DNA of 64,000 nucleotides, from assembly GCF_031769215.1 (NCBI RefSeq), contig NW_026781904.1, positions 248,001 through 312,000 of the forward strand. Direction: 5' to 3'. Positions 24,748-37,510 of the stretch are shown here, in pieces. Source of the DNA: Ylistrum balloti. Its lineage: Eukaryota. Each line of letters begins with the position of its first letter. The stretch's first letter is position 1. Made by a program: the position numbers and the translations under genes. Under the pieces are notes generated by a model. The model was not told where the DNA came from, made no database searches, and saw only the letters and a list, made by a program, of their open reading frames with translations.

Positions 24748-27700
24748 TTCTATCATTAACATCAAGTTTGATATTCACCTGCAATTACGTAATATTTACG
24801 TCATCGTAATACTGTCCCGTATTACAGATCTCATGAAAAAGGATGTGAGGATATGACAGTGTAAATACATGTATCACTGGATCTCGTATTATATATCATT
24901 CCAGTATTTCATCTCTACCCTTGATTTCCATATAGTTCGATGACGTAAGCGTGACGTCATTCATGCAGTACGATGGCTTGGACACGAGATTACGTGCACA
25001 TTTTATTAATATACATGTACGGTTGTGGCTGTTTTTTAACTGCTGGGATATATATTGCATATTTTAAATATGGATAGATCATACTTTTGTTTTCTCCTCA
25101 AAAGTAATACTATTGCCTAGAGGCAATGTCATAGGTATATCCCTAGGGATTTATTTTAACAAAGCTTTCGGAATCTAAGAAGCGTTCCCTTCGAGTCTCT
25201 AAATCCTAAAAATATCAAGAGCGGTTCAGATGTCATTTTTTCTTGCAGATTTCTATTTTCAATTTTAGATGTAATGAAATAAATATTTAATATATGACCT
25301 GTTATCTAAGAAGTAGTAATTGATGTTTTGTATCCTCGTCATTGTGTTGGATCAAACCTGGACCATGGACCAGAAACACCATACCCTTAATGTGTTAATT
25401 GATAAGTTGGAAATTATTGTATAACTGTATAGGCCGGAATTGGCATTTTTAACCGAATTATGACGTAAATCTTAAATGACCTAAGAGTCAAGGTCACAGT
25501 TGTTTGTCATGCGTGATTGACAATGGTCAGTAAGTAATCCGAATTATAAATATCGAAAATAATGGAGCTGACCTGATTTTCTTTTAAATGTAAAATCGAT
25601 TTATCGATTTTTTCATAGGAAATCATGGTTCATGAGAGTATTTATTTACGATAGTGAATCATGTTTTACATCAAATTTCAATACAGCGCAAATCTTAAAT
25701 CTAGAGGTACCTTTACTTCCTCTTGATGTATATGATAAAAACAACAACAATAGATGTAAATCAATATTAGTTGAAGTCCAGCAAATTGGACAGTTTCCTA
25801 GGATCTTATTTAGCAGATAAATGTTGTGGTTTTAACTTGAATATTACATTGTAAAATCTTTTCAGAATAAATTATTATTTTACATTTCTTGCTTCAACCA
25901 ATTAAAGTTTCTAAAAACCCAATTGCAAACCAGATCTGACGTTTTGAAAAGTATACTATAAAATTGTACGTGCCATTGACTTGAGCGTGTCCTCATATTG
26001 AGAAATTATACGGATCACTGAGAGGTTGCGATCTGGCCGAAATGCTACTCAGTCTTTTATAAATAGGAAAATATCATAGATTTATAATTAATTTATCACT
26101 GGACTGCATGAAACTTGATGGAACTGAAAATGTTGAAATGTCTGTCTTCCTACACTGAGATATATATAGTGCTAATAGGACGTTATTACATTCCGAAACA
26201 TATTTTCATATTTTAAATATATTTTTCTTTCGCTTTTAGAAATACCATTTTTTCCATGATGTTTTTAATTTGATTGTGATTAATTCCTTTTTTCATTATC
26301 ATTATTTTTCTAAATATAGCTTTGTTTACCTGATTTTATCATATACGTTTTGTTGTCTAAGCTGACCGTGGAGTTCGCTTCTCATAAGGGGTTCTGGTTT
26401 AACCAGCAAGTACAGTGATTTTGTAATAGCGTTTTGATTGTAATTATTTCGTTTATATTAGAACGAAGTACTGTATATATAAAAGGAGCTAAGAATTTCC
26501 CGTACAAATATTATTTGAACTTGATAAGCTCGTTATCGCGTTGAAAACGGTTTCTTTCTGGGTTTTAGCAACAAGGGAGACAACTCTAATGCGAAATTCA
26601 CAAACATCAGGTTTCATGTACATATGCTATTTATCGCTGTTGTTTATACACATAAGTTGATTATCAAATATCTTATGATTTTATATATTATTGCTGATTG
26701 TGTATTGTTTGATGAATGTCGGTTGTAAGGAAGGGTTTCCGTTGATTTTTGTCCTTATTTCTTAATATAAGGTAATAGCTTTTTATTTTAACTTGAAAAA
26801 GGACTTTTCAAAAATATATCACAAAATATCACAAAAGAAATGAAATTTATTCAAAGACATATGTCCCAGTCGTGTTAATAACAGTGGTCAAATATGTTGA
26901 AACATTTCCTAATCAGCGGAAACCCATTGTTCAGAAATCTATAGTCACATACATAGCTGATATACATGTACCGAAATTGATTTTACCAAGACTTATGCAA
27001 TCTTTAATTTCGACAATCTCATATTTGTGTAAGTAAATATATATATATATGTATGTAGTATATGTTGTCGGTATCAATTTTGTTGTTTTGTAGTTATTCA
27101 TATTTATATGATTTCGAATTTATCGTGTCCTTTTGAAAATCGCACAAATAGAGAATATTATATGCACACAAATACAAATAAACACGTAGAATTGATATCG
27201 AGGTATCATTAAGCATTACATCCCTGATATTTTATGGTGCAACTTTTCCACACCATCGGTACTGTTTGAACTTTGAGGTTATATTTTATTTAATCATTTT
27301 CTCCGGTACCACCAACTGTCTAAGTTAGAGCCAAGGAATAAGATGCCGTGATAATATCATAAAAGGGATTTTTCTTCTTTTTTTTTTCAAAACTTTTATA
27401 AGTTGTTAGCTCCTAAAAAAATTAATTGGTTTCAGCATCATTCAGTATTAGGTACTGTGTATATCCACGAAAGAAAGTTTTGAGGTAGTTATTATGTTTT
27501 TGGAGGGGTTGTAAGAGGGGCGGGGTTCATTGTTTTTGGGGTTTTTTTTTGTTCTTTTATAGAAAAACGAAAAAGCTGATGATAAGAGGTTTCTCCTGTA
27601 AAACTTTTTTTACCAACAAGGATGATAAATATTCCAGACTTGATTTCACATCGAACATCAAGAAGTATGTGCGGAACTTCATTATCACGATTTCGGATAA

Positions 27701-29465
27701 CTGGACGGCAACATATTTATGTCAAATTTATATCAGTTAAAATTGAAGTTATGTTCCTTTTATTTCTTATTTTATCCCGAATTCTATTAAAACGATCATG
27801 ACCAATCAAGTTCCGACAAATTGACTTTAATGGTTTAGGAAGCATACGGAAAGCATATGCTTAATTTCTATTTAACGACGTCAATTATATTTAACCATAT
27901 TAAGTGTCTGACACTTCGGAATAACGAATCAATATATATGTATATGTTAATAAAGTATACATGTTTTTATTATCATTGTTGTTTGTGCTGATCTGCACGT
28001 GGAACAAGGGACACTATGCCCTATAGTTGAATGTTAGAGAATTATGTATCGTTACGGTTATATAACTAGTAGTTTTAGAAAGTTATGTTTAATAAATATT
28101 AGTTAAAAATACAGTTTTTTTTAAATATATGTCTTTTATACACTGAATCAGAACTCATGATCATACAACGTGTTGTGCTCTAAGCGTGATATATATCAAT
28201 AATGAATTATTTTGAATCATTAAAATTGTTGAAAATTGCAAAAAAAAAATTCTTTTAATTCAAAATACTGATTATCTGAAATAAAAATATTCAACAAAAT
28301 CATTCAATTACTATCCCATCCTATTTCAAGATTTCGATATTTGTGGCGATGAGAAATACGCTGAGTTTCATCGCAGCATGTTTTCACCAAATTCATTATT
28401 ATGTAAGACATCATCACTATGGCATTGACCAGAGAGTAACATGTTGTCTAAATTAAATTAATTTGATGTCTTAAAACTTTCTTATTGGGGTTCGTAGCTC
28501 AGTTTATATAGCGTTTAGTTAAGATAACAAATTTTCATTTTAAGTTTATTTTTGAAATTGAAATAAAATCATGCTTCTATGTGTTTTTTGTGTTCATTTC
28601 ATACACCTGTAATACATAATATCGCTTTGTTTACAGGAACATTTCAGGAAATTTTGAGCAGAATCCCACTAGTCGAACGACAAATACAATTAAGAAGATA
28701 CCACTGATATTGTCTACCTTATAACTTGCAATCAGAGTAATTACGTGTACCTGTACTTGGCACTTTGTACATTTGTGACAAACCAAATAGGTTTTACTTC
28801 ACTCAAGACATCAACTTATTATTACAATATATGTGTAAACAAAATCAAATAAAACTATACCCGTTTAACTCACAATGCATTTTGATTGGCTGATTTGGTG
28901 AACTTTGACCTTTTGTATTTGTAACTATGCTACGAAAGATAGTAAAGTCTGACACAAGTTAGAATTTATTTCCATATTTGTTTTGAGGGGAGATGTCGCA
29001 TTTAACATAAACATCAACGACACTGACAATATTACACCTTTTGTATATAAAAAAAACACAAGTGTCACTATATCACGTGATTGTGGAATGCAATGACTGA
29101 CTGACCTGTGAACTTGGGATAAACGCAAGGTCGCTTCACGCACCCGAGGAAAATAAAAACGCAAAAAGTAGTTCATGATATCTTTACGAATTTCAATTCA
29201 TTACATCAAAAAAAAATACAAAAGACACACAAATGATTAATGATTTATTAGTTGCTAGCTATAGATTGTAATGAGTTAGATAAAATATTTCAGAAAATTG
29301 CGGCATTTCATCACAGGTGATATTATTCATACACATCAAATGATATCGTTAACAAAACCCACGTGATTACAGAACAGGTCATTTAGTCGTCGAAATATCT
29401 CATTTATTGTAGTGGAAACAGGTCACAGTCTTTAGTTACTATTCAAAGAATACAAAAATTACTGT

Positions 29466-29598
29466 TGAAGGAAACCGGAGTACCCGAAGAAAACCCACGT
29501 GTTCTGGCAGGTGACCCTATACCTTTTCACCTCCGTTCCAGGAATCGAACTCCGGAAAACTAAGTGAAAGGCGAGTGCGTTACCTATGCACTACCCGA
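29466..29598 (-). mobile_element. tRNA-derived V-type SINE, 5' half
   Basis: Minus strand reads A box tagtgcatagg, B box gagttcgattcc, then gtgggttttcttcgggtactccggtttcct. Confidence 0.75.
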
Positions 29599-30289
29599 TT
29601 TCGTGGAAATACAAAGTAGTTAAATATTAAGCCTAAGAAATTCCACATATGTGATAAGTCGTGTTGGAACTTAACCGCTGAAGGGGCCATGAGTTTCCGA
29701 CCTCTGTATTGATTAAAAAATGTCCTGATATAAAAAGTTAAAAGAAAATAACAAATACACTTAACAAATATATACGTGTTCAAAAAGCATATTTTAGCCG
29801 ATCAGGATCAGTTCAAATTGGATTTCCTGTTCGTAAATTTCACACTAAAGCGCATCCTGGCGGAGACATCTTGTACTAAGGCAAGTAACCCAGCCCCGAT
29901 ACAGATATTACATCGCTACATTGTAGCTCACCGACAAATATTAACATACACAATTTATTCTGTTTTACTCAAGTTTGAGAGAAAACATGAATATAAAACA
30001 GCGTTTTGACGACTCAGTGTCTCAAAAACTGCTTCATTTACACTTGCATCTCATAGCATATCGATCTCATTGCGCTCGCTCTAAACAATGATATCATGCC
30101 ATTGTATCATTATATATCATATTATAATAATGTGTCTGAATTCTTTTATTTAAAAAAAATACACAAAATTATGTATAGAATAACTTTAAATGTCTCAGAG
30201 AATACAGTTTTAAGAGCTGTTTAAAAAAATCACGATACACAGAGAACCAGATAAATATTTAATGCAACAGAACCCATAACCCTAAATTA

Positions 30290-32405
30290 TTTTATAAGAA
30301 GTTCAAAAAGAGTTCTAACATTAAGCCTAACGCTAGTCTTGAAGATTTTTACCGACATTTAAAAAAAATAGCGGTTACGTATGAGGAGAGAAGTGATGTA
30401 CCGGAAAATTATGACTCTGATACTTTATACGACGAGATAGACTTCGAAATTACGGCAGAAGAATTTGAATGTCATTAAAAAGTTAAAAAGGGAAAAAAGT
30501 CATGGCACTGATGGAATACTTAATGAATATTTGATAGAGTTTAAGTACGTTTTTGTTCCCATTTTACAAAAGATGTTTAATGCTGTTTTTAATGTCGGTT
30601 ATTTCCCAAAAGTGTTATCTAATGCTTTGATTGTTCCAATATTCAAAAAGGGGATACTTCTAATCCTGGTAACTATCGTGGAATCAGTTTGCTTAGTAAC
30701 ATGTTAAAACTTTTTACGGGAGTTTTGAACGCCAGGCTAGTGAAATGGGCGGGCGATTACAGTATAATTACTGATGCCCAGTTTGGTTTTCGCCCTGGGT
30801 TGGGCACAGTAGATGCCATATTTGCACTATATTAATTGATTAACAAATCCTTATCCAATAAGAAAAGGCTATATTGTTGTTTTGTTGACCTTAAGAAAGC
30901 CTTCGACTCGGTTGATAGGTGCAAGCTACGGTATAAGATTTCTAAGCTTGGGGTCAGAGGTAAACTTCTAGATGTGATTAAATCGTTGTACACTAATATT
31001 AAATCAAGTGTTATGGTAGACAGGAATCTGTCGAGTTTTTTTGAAAACCAAACCGGAATTTTACAAGGGGAAATGATTTCCCCGATTCTTTTAAGTATGT
31101 TTGTAAATGACTGTGAAATGGATTTCCTTAACAACGGCGTTCAGCCTTTTGAATTGCAAGAGCAAGGCGTTATTTTTACTCATGTACGCTGACGATATGG
31201 TGCTGTTCTCGGAAAGTGTTGAAGGTCTACAGCATATGCTGGACAATTTATTATCATATACTAGTAAGTGGTCTATGTCGGTTAACGTTGAAAAAACAAA
31301 AATTGTGGTTTTTAGAAAGTCAGCAGTACTACTGGAAAATGAACAATGGCAGTATAATGGGGTAACACTTGAGTCTGTGAACTCCTTTTCTTACTTGGGA
31401 GTGAAACTTAATTATAATGGAAATTTTAACTTAACACAGAAACAGTTGGCCTCACAGGGTAGAAAGGCGCTTTTTTCGCTTAAGCGAGCCTGTAAGCCTA
31501 TGTTGTTGATTTTTTGTACCTTGTTGTCACTTTTTGATACGTACGTTTGCAGTGTAGCTAACTATGCCTGTGAGGTGTGGGGCTTTCACAAAGCACCGGA
31601 TATTGAACAACTCCATCTTGATTTTTGTAAAAATATTTTAGGAGTGAGTAGAGCCACTCCAAACGCAATGATATACTTCGAACTTGGTAGATTTCCTCTT
31701 TTAATTTCTAGAAAAGTTCGAATTTTGAAATATTGATGTAAGCTATTAAGTACAAACAACTGTATTTTAAAACCATGTTATCAAGATATGTATCGGGAGT
31801 GTGAAGCAAACCCACATTGTAAAAACTGGGTTATATCTATTAAACACGAACTTGGTTCTCTCGGTATGTCTAATTATTGGCTGTCGCAAAATAGTTTAAA
31901 CACCCAACAGTTTCTTGCTTAAGCAAGGGAGAGGCTCACTGATATTTTTAAACAGGATTGTGAAGCTTTTTTCGACACTACACAGAAGTGTCTGTTTTAT
32001 AAACATATTGTTGATCATGTCTGCTTACAACCTTATTTAAGTAAATGCTTTCCGCTTAAATATAAAAAGGAAATTGTAAAATTTCGTCTGTCTTCACACA
32101 ACCTGTTAATAGAAGCTGGAAGACACCGAAAAATCCCCCGTAACTTCAGATTCTGCCCATTGTGTAAGTCCGACGTAGAGGATGAATTTCATTTTATTCT
32201 GAAATGTCACTTCTTCTCAGAGTTAAGATTTAAATATATCAAGACATACTTTATCTTCCGGAAATTCTAAAGAATTAAATAAACGAGGAAAGTTCATTTA
32301 CTATGCAAATTTACTGCGATCCACTTTGATGGCTAATAAATAGTCAATTGACATGTAATATTGTTCAATGTCTTTTTTGTAAAGATGTGGCCATGAATAA
32401 TTAAA
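30290..32405 (+). mobile_element. 5'-truncated RTE-X-type non-LTR retrotransposon ORF2 (RT plus C-terminal CCHC finger), disabled
   Basis: Stitched translation: KSHGTDGI, VPIFKKG, NYRGISLL, QFGFR, FVDLKKAFDSV, GILQGEMISP, YADD, YLGV, YACEVWG, ELGRFPL, FRLSSHNLLIEAGR, CPLCKSDVEDEFHFILKC. Several frameshifts and stops. Confidence 0.9.
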
Positions 32406-33150
32406 TTGTGCTATATTGATTATAGAAGCACAAATTACGATATGTGTACATTTATTAATTATTAGATTATGCATACATATTAATTACATTAATTACTTGT
32501 GTGTGTATTTTCACACGAAGCTGGCCTGTATTAATATTAATATAATTATATTGCTTTGCTATATATCGATGAGATGAATTGCTCAAGATGAATAAAGAAT
32601 ATGAATATAAATTGAATATCTTCACAATTTTTTTTTTCTGAACTCTATTCCCTATCCTGGTACGTATCACGTTGTGCGACGCTCATTAAAATTTTACTGT
32701 GTGTATATCCCAAAAAAATGATACAGGAGTACTTTAAAATGATATTACGGTAAAAAGATTGTTTTATATCGAGTGCGCGTGTTTTATACTGTTATGTTTC
32801 TTTGCATTCCCGATATTCACAATAAAATCCCAACGTCCATTTTGAACATTCAATTTATTCGCGGAATCCCTGTCAAATTTAGAGCTAATAACACCACGTG
32901 ACAGTTTTTGAAAACGAGGCAATACTTTTATATAAACAAACTCGTGTGATGGCGGAGAAAATTGAAGTAACATAACACGTAATCTCTTGTTTTTCGACAC
33001 CCAGATCTGTTACGGGCAAGTAGACATTGTTTGACAATTTAGTTTAGAATTACGATAACAGTGACATTAAAATCTGTTGTTTCTGTGAAATATCACTCCA
33101 GTCGTAAACCAGTCTAATATTATTTCAACCGCGACCGATTCACTTGGGAA

Positions 33151-33223
33151 GCCATTCCTGTTAAAAGACGTGTTGTGCTGGGGTGTTCTCCGGGTGACAA
33201 CATCTTTTTAACAATAGGATGGC
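33151..33223. other. 73-nt imperfect hairpin
   Basis: gccattcct/aggatggc, gttaaaaga..tgttgt/acaaca.tctttttaac and ctgggg/ctccgg (with G:U) around a tgtt loop. Confidence 0.55.
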
Positions 33224-34619
33224 GTTGTTTTGGGAAAAAAGGCCAGGCAATTATATATTTTCATATAAGCTGCCCTTTTCTTACCTGGATTTTTATATGC
33301 GATTTACATGTGTTTCTCTTAACCTATCTCCATATGGTTGACATATTGAACTAAATATATTAATTTTATTTGATGAAAATACTGAATAATTAAGTTTGCC
33401 TTCATTTTGCTCTTAACATATATTGATAGATTAGATCATCGTGTTGGATGATTTAGCACTACACCCTAACATATTTCTAAAATTTCTTTATCATACCTGT
33501 AATAGAACTAATGCTGAACTAAGTGATATAACATATATGTAATAGTTTTTAGAAATGAAGAAAAAAACTTAAAAAACAACAAAAAAACAGTCATTCTGCC
33601 GCGGTGTCCCTTTTAATATTGTAAATAAGGTATGTCCACTTACTTTTCGCAACAACATTACTTTGCTGCATATTTACAATGGCCGCCACTGTACGGATTC
33701 TCTCTAGACTTTTTATTAAAAACCTACCGTTTACACCAATGTCACGAGAGTTTTCTTTTCGGTATGTGTAAAAGGACAATTACAGAGAGATTCCGTATAG
33801 TGACGTTCGCTGTAAATGTCGAGAGAAAATGCCAAGCGTCTAAATAAAATTGCCCATGGTTCCTAGTATTTCTGGTGAACAAAACACATGATAAAAATTA
33901 GCACCGGGAATTGGGATTATTTGCAAAAAAGTTTGAAAAAATTAAGGTCAGTACCGGAAATAGAGAGTTTTTAAAATTTTTTTACCTAATTTTGTTGACT
34001 TGCTATACAGTATATATATTGGACACCTGTTTGAATACTGTATTGTATCAGGCCTCTACAATCTTTATTTAATTATCTTATAACTACATCGTCATCCCTT
34101 CAGGAGGTCCTTATTATTGAGTCACCTCCCATATTTTTCTGATACTGTCTAGTTATGACAAATAAGTACGTTCAATGAACGATGGTTTGGTATAGGTATA
34201 CCAGGCGGGATAACTCCGATAGAATAACATACAATACGACTGTAAATGTAAGAGAGGATATAAAAAATGATCACGACCTATACATGTATTAGACCTATTA
34301 GAAATATGTATGACCTTTTCCAAAATTTTTAGTAAAATATTTTGTAAAACCAAGAAATACACATCGGACGCAAAATGGAGGGCAGCTACGAATATGAAGG
34401 CATTGATATCACACACATTTGTTTGTAGCCTACATATATGTACAGGTGTACCTAGAATTGACCAAATAACATTTTTTTCTGTTTTTGTCTTTTCTTAGTT
34501 AGTTTGTTTGTTTTTTGGAAACCTCTTCATATGGCCTATAAAACACATAAACAACACAATTTTAGAATATTATAAATGTAAAACACACACCAATAATGCT
34601 GCCGACAAACTGAACAGGT

Positions 34620-34868
34620 ACAAATTTGGCCTTCTAAGGTGTAGTCAGTCTCCTACGTTCCCGAATTATCACTAGTTCCAAAAGAACTTACTCCAAAATT
34701 AGGCAAAAGAGAGTTATGATTCTTGTACACTGCACCTCTCCGCTTAAAGAGCTATTTACCTATGGAGTTTCACCTCTTATAGTTTTTGTGGTATGCTCTG
34801 GTCAGAACTAGTACAGACAAACGGACGCACAAATCGGCGGCTAGATGCTCTACCTTCGGGGAGCAGGA
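34620..34868. mobile_element. HINE / pearl-like element fragment with terminal hairpin
   Basis: gagagttatgattcttgtacactgcac internal motif, cagacaaacggacgcac microsatellite remnant, terminal atgctctaccttcggggagca hairpin. Confidence 0.55.
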
Positions 34869-35055
34869 AAAGAAGTGGGTCAATGGTTGAGCCATAAGCG
34901 ACCACTTTAATTACTTCCAATCAGTCACCGCATTTATACCGAAGACCACCCTTCTGCTTCCTGCTGGTCAAGTATCTGGACAGCAGCTTCACAAACCATT
35001 GTCTTCAGTCTTCTTGATCAGCAGGCTGTCAAATGCATTAGACTAGCCTATCAGT
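34866..35055 (-). pseudogene. Decayed CR1/L2-type reverse transcriptase, downstream part
   Basis: Minus strand: YVATTLIG*SNAFDSLLIKK...YLTSRKQK...D*LEVIKVVAYGSTIDPLLF, matching the YVAxILMDLSKAFD, YLTNRKQ and GVPQGSILGPLLF motifs. Confidence 0.8.
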
Positions 35056-37174
35056 GTGGTGGCGACATACCTATGGCGACGACATACTCATGGCGGCGAC
35101 ATACCCATGGTAACAACATATCCATGGTTGCGTCATACCCATGGTGGCAACATACCAATGGCGACGACATACCCGTGGTGGCGCCATACCCATGGTGGCA
35201 ACATATTCATGGTGGCGACATACCCATGGCAGCGACATACCCGTGGTTGCGTCATACCCATTGTGGCGACATTCCCATGGCAGCGACTTACTCCTGGCGG
35301 CGACATAATCATGGTGGCGACATACTCATAGGCGACATACCCATGGTGGCGACAAACTCATGGTTGCACCATACCCATGGTGGCAATTATACCCTTGGCG
35401 GCGACATACACGTGGTGGCGACATACCAATGGTTGCGACATAATCATGGTGGCGACATACCCATGGTGGCGACATACTTATGGTTGCGCCATACCCATGG
35501 TGGCAATTATACCCATGGCGGCGACATACCCGTGGTGGCGACATACCCATGGTGGTGCATACACATACTCATGGCGGCGACATACCCATGGTGGCGTCAT
35601 ACACATGGCGGCGACATACCCATGGTGGCGACATACATGAGAGCAACATGGCGGCGACATACCCATTGCGGCAACATACTCATGGCTGCGACATACCCAT
35701 GGTGGTGACATACACATGGCAGCGACATACTCATGGCTGCGACATACCCATGGTGGTGACATACACATGGCAGCGACATACTCATGGCGGCGACATACCC
35801 ATGGTGGCGTCATACTCATGGCGGCGACATACCCTTGTTGGCGTCATACCCAGGGCGGCGACATACTCATGGTGGCGACATAAGCATGAGAGCAACTTAC
35901 TCCTGGCGGCGACATAATCATGGTGGCGACATACTCATAGGCGACATACCCATGGTGGCGACAAACTCATGGTTGCGTCATACCCATGGTGGCAATTATA
36001 CACTTGGCGGCGACATACACGTGGTTGCGACATACCAATGGTTGCGTCATACCCATGGTGGCAATTATACCCATGGCGGCGACATACCTATGGCAGCGAC
36101 ATACTCATGGCGGCGACATACCCATGGTGGCGTCATACCAATGGCGGCAACATACCCATGGTGGCGACATACCCATGGTGGCGTTATACCAATAGCCGCG
36201 ACATACCCATGGTGGCGTCATACCCATGGTGGCGACATACACATGGTGGCGTCATACCCATGGCGGCGACATACCCATGGTGGCGACATACACATGACAG
36301 CGACATACCTATGGTGGCGACATACCCATTGTGGCGACATACACATGGCGGCGTCATACCCATGGTGGCAACGTACTCATGGTTGCGTCATACCCATGGT
36401 GGCAATTATACCCTTGGCGGCGACATACACGTGGTGGCGACATACCAATGGTTGCGACATAATCATGGTGGCGACATACCCATGGTGGCGACATACTCAT
36501 GGTTGCGTCATACCCATGGTGGCAATTATACCCATGGCAGCGACATACCCGTGGTGGCGACATACCCATTGCGGCAACATACTCATGGCTGCGACATACC
36601 CATGGTGGTGACATACACATGGCAGCGACATACTCATGGCGGCGACATACCCATGGTGGCGTCATACTCATGGCGGCGACATACCCTTGTTGGCGTCATA
36701 CCCAGGGCGGCGACATACTCATGGTGACGACATAAGCATGAGAGCAACTTACTCCTGGCGGCGACATAATCATGGTGGCGACATACTCATAGGCGACATA
36801 CCCATGGTGGCGACAAACTCATGGTTGCGTCATACCCATGTTGGCAATTATACCCTTGGCGGCGACATACCCATGGTGGCGACAAACTCATGGTTGCGTC
36901 ATACCCATGGTGGCAATTATACACTTGGCGGCGACATACACGTGGTGGCGACATACCAATGGTTGCGTCATACCCATGGTGGCAATTATACCCATGGCGG
37001 CGACATACCCATGGCAGCGACATACTCATGGCGGCGTCATACCCATTGTGGCAACGTACTCATGGTGCCGACATACCCATGGTGGCGACATACCCATGGT
37101 GGCGTCATACCCATGTTGGCGACACACCCATTGTGGCGACATACACATGGCAGCGACATACTCATTGTGGCGCC
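35056..37174. repeat. 17-bp GC-rich minisatellite, about 124 units, with higher-order duplications
   Basis: Unit ggtggcgacatacccat (10/17 GC). The 17-bp period explains the rotating 17-aa peptide ORFs in all frames. Confidence 0.97.
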
Positions 37175-37510
37175 AATCCTTAACAAATCTCACCAGTGAA
37201 TGAACTCAAAATCCTAGTCAGAAAACTACCAGAAAAGATTATAAAATATTAAAAATTGATCCAGCAGCTCTCAGATATTTTAGAGAATCATGTTAGTATA
37301 CTCACTGGCCTTTTAATGTTAAACATCATTTTTCTTTAAAAACTGGAACAGCCTCTGAGCCTGGTGGGAAAGGAACTTTGTGTAACAATTCAAAGACCTT
37401 ATAAAATGAAATTTACATGATCACAGCATGCTGTAATATCTTAGGAAAAATCCCGTCAACATCTGTAGATTTCCCTGTATATCTTGTACAAACTGATTAT
37501 TATCTTACTC
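37175..37510 (-). pseudogene. Decayed CR1/L2-type reverse transcriptase, upstream part
   Basis: Minus strand: GKSTDVDGIFPKILQ...FP...AVPVFK...RPVSILT*FSKISE...LVRFVKDWRHNEYVAA, running straight into the array. Confidence 0.75.

Noticed and set aside
29535-29598. Functional tRNA genes here and at 44335-44402
   Set aside because: A and B boxes are present but there is no complete cloverleaf or acceptor stem; the 29.5-kb copy continues into a SINE body.
35056-37174. Vector contamination (gtcgccaccatgg resembles expression-vector Kozak linkers)
   Set aside because: The unit is continuous with RT codons at both junctions and shows natural variant structure.
35056-37203. Many overlapping His/Trp-rich ORFs (up to 275 aa) as real genes
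   Set aside because: They arise from a stop-free 17-bp unit read in rotating frames; indels break every frame and the array sits inside a dead LINE.
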